From positions 17,236,001 to 17,300,000 of the forward strand of contig OX597822.1 in assembly GCA_951406725.2 (NCBI GenBank): a stretch of DNA of 64,000 nt. Direction: 5' to 3'. Numbering within the stretch: position 1 is the stretch's first letter; every line of letters starts with the position of its first letter. Of this stretch, positions 51,771-64,000 are shown in pieces. The translations under genes were made by a program, and so were the position numbers. The notes beneath the pieces were generated by a model that saw only the letters and a program-made list of their open reading frames with translations, did not search any database and had not been told where the DNA came from. The stretch is from Octopus vulgaris. Lineage: Eukaryota.

Positions 51771-54700
51771 TGGACTAAACTGAATAGAAGAAATGGTGCT
51801 CTCAGCATGAGTGATGCATTTTTATGGATAAAGTGTCTTCAAATAAGAAATCATTTTTATTTTCATCAAAAAGCAAAAAGACAAATCAATCCAATTGTGT
51901 GACTAATATTTGTTATAATAAAAATAAAGCAAAGTTAAAAGTAAAAAGAAACAGCAAAATAATTCTTGAAGATAACTCTGAACAGTAAATCATGTCTCTA
52001 ATTTAATACTACAATATACAATAATGCAAAGAATAACTTCACTGCTTCTCTTGCTAATGGTTAATTACTGGGTGTTTAAATACATACACATGCAGCTTGC
52101 TGATGGTTGTGCATCATATTTGATGATGAGTATTTCATTCTTCAATTGTGGTGACAAAGCATCTCAATCTACCATTTCTAACTGTGGATCATTAGAAGAC
52201 CATATTTCTTGGAGAGCAGCAACAAGAGTGAATGCACTAAACCAGGTGAGCTGTCAATCATTATACCTAACATACACCTTCACCAATGAGAAAACTACAG
52301 GAATGGCAGTATTCTATTATAGCAGATGTGTGTGATACTCCAACCATCACAACAACAATGGCTACCCCTGGGATCCAAAAATCATCATCTACATGGCAAG
52401 AGAAGACACCTTGGCAATGGCAATGAAGTCTTATAGTGTTCATATCCCAATATTATTATCTTCATTGTGAAGGTGATAGGTTCAATGGTAAGGATGACGA
52501 AGAATAATTAAAACTCTAGTTTGTCAGAGATTACCTCATAGCTTGTCTTCCTGAGTGAACTCCCTAACCTGTGCCTTCTTAAATTCAATAGATAGGTCAC
52601 ACATTGCATAGCTAAGAAGCCTTATCTTTCCTTCCCTTAATAGCTTTTCTGACAAGTATTAGTGGTCTTCCTCACTATCTGAGGGTATTTCTGCACCCCA
52701 TGAATGAATGCTACATAATCATTGACCCTATATTGGGTTCATCCTTTCTTTTGACTGGTCTTGTTTTCGCTCTGCTGGGTTTGTAGTTAACCTTCTTCTA
52801 CCAGGCTTGCTTGGTGGTGGGGTGTCAGTTTATCTGCAGTCAACCCCATAACAAATTATACCAGATTAAATGTGATCAGTAACATTCAGGGCAACCTGAC
52901 AGACATGTGAGCAACTACTGAAGGAATGATGAGAAAACAAAATATACTTAATGCTTTACTTTTTCAACTATTCGAATGAAGCACAATTCTTTTCTTTCTT
53001 TTTTTTTTTTTTTGAGAAAATTTTATCAGAGATATTTACAAAAGAACTGCATCTTAAGTGAAGTAAAAAGTGAGATCTGATAGGAAAAAAGAAAAAAAAC
53101 CAAATAGATTAGTGTTACAAATAGAGAATGGCTATATTTTACTAGATAAAATGCTAACGCTGTATTAAATGGTTCTTTTGAGTGAAACTACAAAATTTGA
53201 CAAAACTAAATTGCCACTGAATTTAGCATCCACATTATTACTATTTCTATGAACAGAAATACAAGTTCAGTAATGGGGTAGCAGAAAATGGTAAAAATTA
53301 CAATCTTGCTTTTAAAGACAGATCTGAAAGTGGTTTTGTGTAAGATGTGCTGCACTGAGAAGGAACAATGGCAATATAAATGATTTATGATAGTGAGTGA
53401 TAAGAGCCAGGAAAGGAATTCTTAAAAAGACAACTTAAATGCTTTCAACACTTCACTTCACTAATATTTAAAAGTATTTCCCAAATGGTTAGACATGTCA
53501 CTAACAGCCAATTTCCATAATATTTCAATAGTTTCAATTTCTATGTCAAAAGCCAACTGAGCAAATACAAAATATTAATATGAATTATCAAATATGATAC
53601 ATGAAACAAGCCATAACAACTCAAATTATCCAAAAGTCAAAAATAAAAGATTTACTATTTCACTGTTATTACTGGTCTACAAAACCATAATAATACCAAA
53701 GGTGAAAAATATATCCTACCCACTTGGTTTCCAGAGAAAACGACCAGCAGGAAGTACAATTGAGATAATCATAATTCCTTAGTTAATTGAGGTAACAAGT
53801 CAGCATCCAGAATGAACTTGGCCTTCAAGTCAACATACTGAAAGAGTGAATATTTTAATTCAGAGCTGCAAAGACTTCTTTTAACTAATTTTACAGAGAA
53901 TGGGGAAAATGTGACACTATTTTTAAGTCTCACAAATTTATATAAAACTGATTTAATCGTTCATTTGCTTATAACTGGTATTGTAAATATGGTAAGCTGC
54001 TCTTACTGGGCAGATTGAATAAGGTATTCCAGCTGTGACTATCCAGTTTGTTTTTTTTTAATATTAGGAACTATATCGTCCAATGTTTTCTCCTTTTTTT
54101 CAAGATAGTAACATATGAATTGTATAAGTCTTTTGAAGTATGAATTTACCTGAATATTTTAAGGATATTGCTTTCATTCAAATTTGATTTATATCACTGA
54201 TTTACCATTTTCTGAATTTATCTGAGTGAATTTTCATGGGTATTCATAACATTTTTTTCATTTTTAATTTTACTGTACAAATATAAAATCTGTTTAGAGT
54301 ATTACTTACTCATGCCAGCATAGAAAGCAAAAGTAAAACAACAATGGTGATAATGATGTGTGAATTTTGTTCTGATTTTACTGGTATTTCTCATTTCTTA
54401 GAACTGAGATTCTTCTTTACTCTCTTCAGAATAACAGTCACACATGGAAATATGTGCAGAAGATTTTGCTCTACTTCTAGCAGACCAAATGACCATGTAC
54501 AGACTCCTTTAAATATCAAGTTGATCATGGCAGAAATGGTAGAGTAATGGACTATATGCTTCATGAAGTTTGGATCTTTCCAGCGGCATTCTGAGTGCTG
54601 AGTTCATATCTTACTGAGTTAACTTAGCATTTTTATCCCTCCAAGATTACTAAACTAGGTGTAGATAATATTATAGGGTGAAATCACATACATTTCTAAC

Positions 54701-55431
54701 AAAATGCATGTATGGACTATTCTAGTAATAGTAAATCATAACTTGAAGAAATCTAACCGGAATGAAATTCAGGTCATATGTTTGCAATTAAAGATGAGAG
54801 ACTAGAAAATGAAACTGAGATGAAAAGTTATGAAAATTCAGTCAAACATATTCCAAAAATGCTAAACTTAAACCAAGTCAATGATTAATCAGTAATATAA
54901 ATTAATTTTGAATGAAAGCAATATTTAAAATATTCAAGTAAATCTAATCTTCAAAAGATTTATTTATAAGTATATATAACTGAAGTATTGTTTAACAGAA
55001 AGATGCTCTTCCTTTACTAACTCTTGCTTGTTTTTCAGATAAGGGATCTCTTATTTCACACATTTTGAAAGACACAAAGCAAGTAGATGATTTGTTGACA
55101 GGAGAGTGACTTTTGTAGTTCCAAGGAGAGATGATATAGCACGTTGTGATGGCCCTACCTTTTCTAAAGGCATACAAATATACATGGAATTGAAATTATA
55201 TGTGTATATAAAAGTGAAAATGGATTTCTATAAATCAATTCATGAAAACCCTGTAATTAAATATGGGAAAATATCCAGTTCTGCAAAGCAATAGTTTACA
55301 GGACATCACATCACATATATAGTCAAGCAGATATATTTTCCTTTTCTAAAAAATATTTTCAGACATCATCAGAAGTTTAATTTTTTTTCTCCAAAATCTC
55401 ATTCTATAAGGGTTACATAAGGTTTCAATTG

Positions 55432-55545
55432 TCATCATTTGAGTATTCACTTTCCTAAGCTGGCAAGGGGTTGGATGGAATTCGTAAAGGCAGATTTTCT
55501 ATGGCTGGACACCCTTCCAGTTGCCAACCATCACCTGTTTCCAAG
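55432..55545 (-). mobile_element. RTE 3'-tail fragment
   Basis: cactttcctaagctggcaaggggttggatgg...tttctatggctggacacccttcc. Confidence 0.65.
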
Positions 55546-56441
55546 TAAGACAATATCATCCCATGATCAGACTGGAACACTGCAAATGAAGGACATCATT
55601 TGCATGACAGTGACAGGTGATATCAAGGCAAGAAGTCAGTAACACCTGTAATACCTGGCCAGTTTCGGAATAATAACACTTGTATGTTTCAGGTAAAGCC
55701 TTTGAAAGCACAATAACCTGATTGTCATTGACAGCTCTAATAAACTTTCATTCTTAGTTGGTTGACTTTTGAGACATTGACCAATTATAACTTCATTCAA
55801 TTATGCATCGTCTGACAGAATTTTCTACCTTGAAGGTAATTAATACAGAATATTTCCCTTTAAGAATCCTCAAGGGTATCATGCTTTAAATAAAGATGAA
55901 AATAATTCCCTGGGGGGCATAAAATAGTCCTCACTCATCCGTCTGATGATACAGCTTTTGCCAATACATTCATCAATGCTCTAATAATTTATTATTTTTG
56001 GCAATCACCGCATTGCGATCAAAATATTAAAGCTAACAAATATTTCCATTTCATTTAAGCAAGTGGATGCCAATTTATTATATTGATTTATTTTCGTCAC
56101 CAAAGGAATAAATTTGATAAAGTACTATACAGGTTTTTCATCTTCTGAGAGACTGACTTCACTCAACATCAGACAAAAAAGTTGGAAAGAACAACCAGAG
56201 CATTACTTACAGTGTTGCAGTTTATTATGTAGTCTTCTTCTGTTTTATTTTTTGATAATTTGATAAATCAATACTAGATTACATTTTATTGCTTTCAAAA
56301 CAAGAGAGCGTACTGAAGATTATAAAAAGAAAATTTAGTTTGAAAACAAATTGTCTTTTATAATTTTTGATACATTCTCTCAATCATAATCCCTGATAAT
56401 TAAAATCATCATTTGTCACAAATAAAGAGAATATATATATG

Positions 56442-56472
<31 letters not shown>

Positions 56473-56670
56473 CATCACCATCATCACCATTTAACATCCA
56501 TTGCCCATGCTAGCATGGGTTGGACAGTTCACCCAGAGATTACAAGCTGGGGAGCTGCACCAGACTCCAGCCTGGTTTGGCATGATATCTATAGCTGGAT
56601 GTCCTTCCTAACGCCAACCACTTTACAGAGTATGCTGGGTGCTTTTACGTGGCACTGCATGGGTGCTTTT
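56473..56670 (-). mobile_element. RTE 3'-tail fragment
   Basis: (CAT)n-tttaacatccattgcccatgctagcatgggttggacagttca...gctggatgtccttcctaacgccaacc. Confidence 0.88.
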
Positions 56671-56745
56671 ACAGACTTACATACACACACCTACATATTG
56701 TTTATATATAAATATATACACATTTACATAAATATATGTAAGCCT

Positions 56746-56859
56746 TAGAAACATTGCCAGATCAGACTGGACCTGGTGCAGCCTTCTGGCTTCCCAGACC
56801 CCAGTTGAACTGTCCAACCCATGCTAGCATGGAAAGTGGACGCTAAACGATGATGATGA
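56746..56859 (+). mobile_element. Young RTE 3'-tail fragment, inverted relative to its neighbour
   Basis: Near-identical to 24057-24170 (tagaaacattgccagatcagactgg...ccaacccatgctagcatggaaagtggacg.taaacgatgatgatg). Confidence 0.9.
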
Positions 56860-58369
56860 GATATATATATATATATATATGTAAATACACACACACACAC
56901 ACATTATATATATGTATGTATATGAATAAAAATGATACTAAATTAAAAAGGTATAGTAATCCCTTCAAAATCTGTGTTTAAATGAATAACTTGGGGGCCT
57001 TAAAATCTTTTTTACTTTCTTTTTTAGGGTAATTTATACTGCAAAGGGATAGAAAAGAAAAATCAAATTGAATCTCTATTAGCTGGGTTCACCAAACTTC
57101 CTAATAATGCTATGGTATCTAGATATAGTTGTCAATATAAGAAGCTCAGGTAAGCTAGGAAAAGTCAGCTAGATAACAAAAATATTGAAGATGATTAAGA
57201 ATATCAATGTTGTATATAAGAACAAAGAAACTTCTAAACACTAAAAATATTCTTATTTTCCCTTTTAAGATATGCGAAAGAATGCCAATGACAAAGTGTG
57301 TATACAAGTAAATGTGATTTTAAGCTAGATCATATACTATATATCAACATAATTGATTCTTTCTACAATATTAAACCCTTCTATTAAAGCTTATAATCAA
57401 ATGCTCACAAAGCTGATCTCATTTTAATATTCTTCAGAGAATCATACTGAAATAACATTAATTTTACATGCACAAAATGTTTATTGATTAGAAATATGTT
57501 AGGAAATGAAATTAATAACAAATCTAGGCATATAGAAGCTTTATAGTTTTGATTTAATGAATGTTGCATACACTTCCAGTAGTAAGAGAACATGAGTTAA
57601 CTTTAATTAGCAATGACAGATCTAGTGATTCAGAATGCAGTTGGGAGCAATATTGGAGATCGTTAACTTAAGTAAGGAAAAGTGACCTTGTAAAAGTGGT
57701 CAAAAGTCAAAATGTTTTCGATAACGCATGTTTGTGAACGTTCATTGAAAATTAGGAAACCTAGACGAATTGGCATCATGATCATTTGTGTTCACAATAT
57801 CCATGGAATAGAAACCTTCGCAGATAATGTTTAACTCAATTTTGTTTAAGTCAGCTTACATAATCTTTTCCCCTTCTCTCTACACTATGATAATATCATA
57901 ATTTTAAATATATGTGGTACTGGGAGGGAAACTAAATTCATGCTCAATGAATGTGTGTGTGTGTGTCTTATTCAACCCCTTTAATTCCTGATATCATTTC
58001 TAAGTCAGATTTTTTTTATATATATACCTTTTTTGATATTAAATGTATTTAATATTTTTTGTATATATTGACTTGCCTAACTTGCTTGTCCTCTACCTGT
58101 TCAAGTTCAAATCTCTTCAATACTACAAAGTGTATTCTATACAGAGAATACCTGTCTCTAATCTATAAACTATAAACGTCATCATCATCATCATCATAAT
58201 CATTTAACATCCATCTTCCATGCTAGCCATCATCAGAGAATCCAGTGATGGTTCAGCCGGCTAAAACTTCAAGGTCCCTGTCAATACAATTCTTGTTAAA
58301 GAATAATAAATTTAGAAATATTATTATTTCTAAATCTCTCAAATAAAGATATACAGTAACAGCACCATA

Positions 58370-58712
58370 AAGTAATGACTTATTGCCAACATAATGTGGC
58401 AGTCTCAGGATGTGATGAATGTTACTGTTATTTAGTCCCAGGAAGCATCGTTTCCAGCTGGCTATATGACACAAAAAATTCTGTGTCCTTATATTTTCAA
58501 ATAGGGGCGGTCAGAATCTCCACCCAGCACAACCTCACAACCATGGACCAGTTTCTGGGTTATTGTCCTTTATCAGCATGGAGTAGCTTGATTGGCTACA
58601 GAATTTTTTGTGTCGTATAGCCAGCTGGAAATGATGTTTCCTGGGGCTAAATAACAGTAACATTCATCCCATCCTGGGACTGTCACATTATGTTGGCAAA
58701 AGGTCATTACTT
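58370..58712. repeat. Long fold-back inverted repeat (115-bp arms, 113-bp spacer); MITE-like or hairpin-RNA locus
   Basis: 58370-58484 and 58598-58712 are gap-free reverse complements with 9 differences (hand alignment). Confidence 0.95.
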
Positions 58713-59659
58713 GAATAATAAATTTGTACTCTACAAAAGTATAGAGTAACCCATCAACAACAAAAGAATGAATGAGACCTCAGTATTATGTAAATAGAGG
58801 AATTTATCTATAAATATAATATGTGACAAATGGTTGGCTGTCATAATAAAACTCAGAGTTTCGGATGCCGAGGCTGAAGATGACAAGTGACCATAACTAT
58901 TGGTGACATGTACACACATTAGAATACTAATGAGGGGAATGATATTGGCTGGATTCATCTTCTGCTTTTCCCCTGCCTCTCTCTCTCTACATCCTCCCCA
59001 TCCAGGATACTCTCACTGTTTACATCCTCTATAGTACAGTCACACCCCCTCCTCTATAGTAGTCTTTCTTCCTCCAGCTTCACTCAATCTCACTACATTT
59101 GTCCTCTACCTTCCTACCTTCTCTATGTTACCCTCCAGCCTTTCTTAAGGTTGCTGCTCTTGTTGTATCCACTCTCCACTCTCCCACCATCTTTCTCTTT
59201 TCTCTTACTCTTTCACAACAGCTTTTTTCTGCCTCCTTCCCCCGCCCCCATTATTATCTCATTTCTTCCTCTCTGGTCTACTTCAATGATTCCCGAAATG
59301 CCTCCTTACCTTCATTGCCACTCTCACCTACCTCTCTCTCTTTCATGTTCCCTTCCCCCACAAACTTGCCCTTATAACTGTAATAGCACTCCACCTCCTT
59401 ACGCAACCCACCCAACCACCCCTGACACCTTGCTTACTAACAGCAGGCATTTATCCTTTCTCTTACATAATCTCTTCTCCCAGTGACTATAAACCATGTT
59501 ACTCTTTCTGCAACCACACTCTCACAAATACACATCTGCTCCTCCCATCATACTTTGAAACCTCCCTTATCATCTCATCTTAAATCATCACTCTTGCTCT
59601 CGTTTCTATCCTTTCATTCATAATCCTTTAGACCACCGCACTAGGGCTGGTATTATGTT

Positions 59660-59800
59660 TAAAATAAAAAGCACCTGGTATTCTCTAAACTAGCTGACAC
59701 AAGGAAGGGCATCCATGTGTAAAAGTCATACCAAGCAGAAACATTGGATGCTTGTCAAACTTTCCAATCCATGCAAAGCATGGAAAGTTGACCTAAAAGT
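59660..59800 (+). mobile_element. RTE 3'-tail fragment, old
   Basis: aaaaagcacc...aggaagggcatcca...ccaatccatgcaaagcatggaaagttgac. Confidence 0.6.
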
Positions 59801-59999
59801 ATGAACCTTTTGACAAGCAAGAGTAAAATGACTGGAAGCTACTTTATATCAAAGAGTCTTTACTTTGACTTTCCTAATTAAATTATACTCACAAGAATCA
59901 GCAGAGATCAAATTTTGGAGTTTCCCTCCCCTCAAGAGTTTACCAGAGACACAAAACTGTCGATTTCTATTCCTGCATCATTTCCTCTTTGTCCACAGT

Positions 60000-60112
60000 A
60001 TATACATACATACATGCATGCATGCATGCATGCATGCATGTATGTATGTATGTATGTATGTATGTATGTATGTATGTATGTATGTATGTATGTATGTATG
60101 TACGTATGTATG

Positions 60113-60150
<38 letters not shown>

Positions 60151-60209
60151 CAGGTGGTGCTATTAAGTTAGACATGGCCTGGGCCAATAATGGCCGAAAC
60201 CTATCAAAG

Positions 60210-60240
<31 letters not shown>

Positions 60241-60258
60241 GTATATATATGTATGTAT
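60000..60258. repeat. Compound (TACA)/(TGCA)/(TGTA)/(TA) microsatellite with a unique island of about 60 bp
   Basis: Seen directly; unique island at about 60149-60209. Confidence 0.95.
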
Positions 60259-61864
60259 AATGGCTTTCTTTACATAAGCATAAAATATTAAAAAAACCCA
60301 AAATGACAATAAATCCAGTGTCATTAAACTTTTTTACTCTTTCATTCAACTTTTCCAGTGTCAAAACTATGGTGAAGTATGATTGTTTCCATTTGTAGCA
60401 TTGCAGGGAAACAGGTGATATTATACTGACATGTTTAATATTAAATACATAAGTTTTAAATTATAAATCTATTTTCATTCAGTTTATTAAGGTTCTTTTT
60501 CTTGTTTTTGCCTAAGTATACTTATTGCAGCTGAAATCTATTTTCTTCCAATTTGCAAAGCTAAAATTTCAGTCGTGCATTAAAATATTATTTTTGCCTT
60601 TTTAATATCTTCATTCTCCCGAAAATATGTCTGGTGTCACTTGACTGGAGTTATGATGATATTGTGAAATATATCCATGGCAATAGTCACCTATTATACG
60701 TTGTGTGCAAGACTTGATATGATTCTTTTTAACATTACACTGTGTACTTCTTCATTTACTTGGAACTATGCATGAAAATATCGTTGCTTGCCTTTCAGCT
60801 ATAATAGTAATGCAAAATTAAATCAAATTATATCTAGTTGAATAGACTAACTTTATTTATTGAAGAATGGGTGCTGGCCAAAGACATAGCTGCTATAAAC
60901 ATTTCGTGGTTGAATGAAAAGAGGACAACTTGGACAATTTGAATGGCTTAATGTGCAGTTCATGGCAGGAATTCCGAATGGGTTTCAGTTCTTCAACTTT
61001 ACTACTGTTGCTTCAAAAGAATACAATGTTGTAGAGTTTATCTAATTTCAAGCTTTGTCTTATAAATCATTCCTTGAGCCCATTATATAACTTAGCTGGA
61101 AATGTTTATTATGAATGCTTATATTAGCATGTTGCAAGCAACAGAAATGTTAGAAAATTTTAAATTTGCAAAAACATAAAAAAAATAAAATAAAATAATA
61201 ATTCAAGACTGCCTAATTAGTCAACCAAGTTGTAAAGCAAAAGCCAGCCTTCAACACAACATATTGTAATTCTTCAGAGAGCAACATTACTTTTAAACCT
61301 AGCTGGAAACTAGTTACCATGGATAATGAATAGCTGATTGAATTATATTTATTTTAAAGCTAAAATGTTGTTTAAATTTACACATCTTCTAACTTATGTA
61401 GACACAAAAAGTGGATATATAAAAGGGAATAAAAAAATGTGTATGGGAAAAATGTAGTTAGAATATAACTTAATATTTTGTTGACTAAAAGATTGCCAAA
61501 ATAAGACAAATGGTGACAGTATGGATTAAATAGCTAATAAAGCTCTTTTTCAAAAAAATGGAAAAAAGAGGGTAATTTGATTCATGTTAACAGATTAAGT
61601 GAAAATTAAAAACAAATCTTCTGCAGATAAATTATTCAAGAGAAAAACTTTCCCAGGTATGGAATGCTATTATTTAGGATGGGAAGCCTTGCGCTGATAG
61701 AAGAAAGAAGTATTTAGACAAGGATTTTCCTATATTTTGCTCAGACTGGGTCTGTATCAATTTAAAATAAAGTAATAATAGTTGATGAGGTGTAGACTCA
61801 TAACAAAAAGTGTGAACAAATTTGATGTAAATCATGTTGAAGAAGAATTCAGAGATTAGGAACT

Positions 61865-62745
61865 ACCAGATGCTTATGATCTTGTCCTCATAGCAGATTC
61901 TATATCCGAGCTAGAAGAGAAATTCCAGGTGTGAAAGCAAAACCTGGAACCTAAGGACCTTAAGGTTAACTTAGCAAAGACTAAGGTTCTAGTAAGCAAG
62001 AAAATAGACATGACCTTACCCTTTTTAGGGAAGTGGGTTTGTTCAATTTATAGGAAAGACATAGGCAGGAATTCCATTTAGTGTACCCAGTGCAAGCTAT
62101 GGACATACAAAAGGTGCAGTGGAATAGCAGGAAGGTTATCAGATAAAGTAATACTTGTATCTGGAAGATGCACAGGAGCCATAAAAAGTACAGATACTCA
62201 GGAAATTGATTTTTTTAAATGTCCAGAATCTCTTTAGAGGTACTGGACAATTTCTGCTACCTTGGGGGCCAAATTAGTAGTGGGGGAGGATGTATGGAAA
62301 GTGTAATAGCTAGAATAAGAATAAGATGGAGTCAAGTTCAGAGAGATTTTTACTTCTGTTGGTAACCAAAGGTGTTTCTCTTTGAGTGAAAGGAAGATTG
62401 TATGTATACACATAGTAGTGGGACGTGGGCCCCGAATGCAGAGGACATGCAAAGGCTGGAGAGGACTGAGGCTAGTATGCTCTGCTGGATGTGCAGTGTC
62501 AGTGTACATATACAACAGAGTGTTAGTGTATTGAGAGAAGAGTTAAGCATAAGAGGAATTAGATGCAGTGTGCAAGAGAGAAAACTGCATTGGTTGGGTC
62601 ATGTGATGTGGATGGATGCCAACAGCTCTCAAAGTGGATGGAACATGTAGAAGAGGGAGACCCAGGAAGATATGGAATGAAGTACTGAAGTACAACCGCA
62701 GGACACTGAACATTTCACCAGAGATGACAAAACACCAAGATACAT
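61865..62745 (+). mobile_element. Decayed RTE-clade LINE 3' portion (same family as 192-2447)
   Basis: Reads AYDLVLIADSISELEEKFQV*KQNLEPKDLKVNLAKTKVLVS, FCYLG, RLERTEASMLCWMC and LHWLGHVM. Confidence 0.92.
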
Positions 62746-62864
62746 GTAATAGCTAGAATAAGAATAGGATGGAGTCAAATTCAGCAGAGATTTTTGCTTC
62801 AGTAAAATCCTCCACAGCAGAAGTGTTAAGGCTGCTCCCCCTGGTGGAGAGGATTGGTCTGCAA

Positions 62865-63108
62865 GAATCCTGTACCAGTGCCACATAAAAAGAACATGTT
62901 CTAGTACCATGTAAAAAGCACTTATGCCCACATGTGCTTGTGTTGGTGCAACGATAAAAGCACCCAGCACACAATGTAAAGTGATTGGTTTTAGGAAGGG
63001 CATCCAGCCATTGTAACCAAGCCAAACCAGACAGGAGGCTGGTACAGCTCTCTAACTGCCAGCTCTGGTTAAACCATCCAACCCATACCAGCATGGAAAA
63101 TGATGATG
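62865..63108 (+). mobile_element. RTE 3' UTR/tail belonging to the 61865 copy
   Basis: aaaagcacccagcac...aggaagggcatccagcc...ccatccaacccataccagcatggaaaatgatgatg. Confidence 0.85.
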
Positions 63109-63497
63109 CTTCAAGAGTTTCATTGAAAACTCAATCCCATCACAGAAAAGAAAAAAATATGTGAGTTCCAAATTTTGGAGATATGTGAAATAAACCAATG
63201 GATTGTTTTTATGGCTTAGTCAGGAAGAAGAGGAGCACCAATGAGTTTTAACAGGGGGTCTAAGAATCTACAATTGAATTATCTTTCAATTGGATATTGA
63301 GTCCAAATGTGTGGACAGACAAACTAATAAAGCCATTCAAGTAATCGTATTAAATTGGATGACAGACAAAAATATACAACCAAAATCTAGAGTCTTTCAT
63401 TCAACAAGGTTCTTGACACTTTGTTTACCAACATTATTTTTCCCTAACAAAGCTAGTAGAATAAACCAAAATCTGTTGATGGATACACATGCCTAAC

Positions 63498-63665
63498 CTC
63501 ATGTTGAGATTGAACCTGTAAACATCTGATTGCAAAGTAACATTTTTAATTTCACGACCATGTCTGCGTGCATTAGAGTTATTTTGGTCATTTACTAACA
63601 TCAAATATTTTGAAAGAAAATTACCCATTGAAATCCCTTCCATATAAAAGGCCATGTGAAATTGT
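63498..63665 (-). CDS. Candidate 168-nt frame-preserving exon
   Basis: Acceptor tttttgtctatctgaatAG and donor AG|GTtagg. Phase 2-2 open frame QFHMAFYMEGISMGNFLSKYLMLVNDQNNSNARRHGREIKNVTLQSDVYRFNLNM. No homology recognised. Confidence 0.25.
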
Positions 63666-64000
63666 CTATTCAGATAGACAAAAATTTGTCAAAGTGTCAA
63701 AAATATCATTAAATTTCAAAACAATGAATGGAATTTGAAGGAAAAAAAAATTTCTGAGATAAAAATGCGATTACTAATAGAAGGTTTAGAATCTACTATG
63801 CTACTTAAAATGTCTGGCTCACACTGATTATATAATCTCAATTTAAGAGGCTGTAAAATAGCCATGAACAAATTTTTTTAGGTTACTAAATAATATATAC
63901 AAAAAATGTATAGCAAAATAAACAAATTAGATTCTAAGATAGCAACATTTTGAAATGTTGTCAACACATTTTCTACCAAATACAAAAATTTCATTTATAG

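Noticed and set aside
53710-53837. Minus-strand segment with a strong acceptor (ttcactctttcAG) and a GTagga donor
   Set aside because: Stops in all three frames. Could only be a poison or non-coding exon, and there is no support.
60930-61000. Faint resemblance to a Helitron PIF1 helicase motif (ELKP/GIP/HELHIK, minus strand)
   Set aside because: Needs two frameshifts within about 45 nt and no neighbouring helicase motifs were found.

Overview
AT-rich, microsatellite-dense eukaryotic DNA. The repeat families suggest a cephalopod, probably Octopus (inference). No complete host gene is recognisable. The window looks like a very large intron, probably transcribed from the minus strand (the plus strand looks A-rich by eye), with a few candidate minus-strand exons. 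Mobile DNA dominates: two RTE-type LINE bodies (192-2447 minus; 61865-62745 plus) plus many RTE 3' tails; a young R4/Dong-type RLE LINE with an uninterrupted 523-aa RT ORF (about 47190-50405) plus several decayed Dong fragments next to (TAA)n arrays; a decayed mariner (12878-14113); a Helitron-like element enclosing the 5' end of an L1/Tx1-like LINE (2584-4170); and at least three SINE-like families. The most notable observations are: (i) a 115-bp-arm fold-back at 58370-58712 whose 7 transition differences all form G-U pairs on one strand; (ii) a C4HC3 PHD-finger-like module inside the RT of both RTE copies; (iii) short locally templated insertions inside retroelements, one making an 86-bp long-range inverted pair; (iv) degenerate minimal-hammerhead-like motifs. 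Repeat boundaries are approximate and were set by eye.
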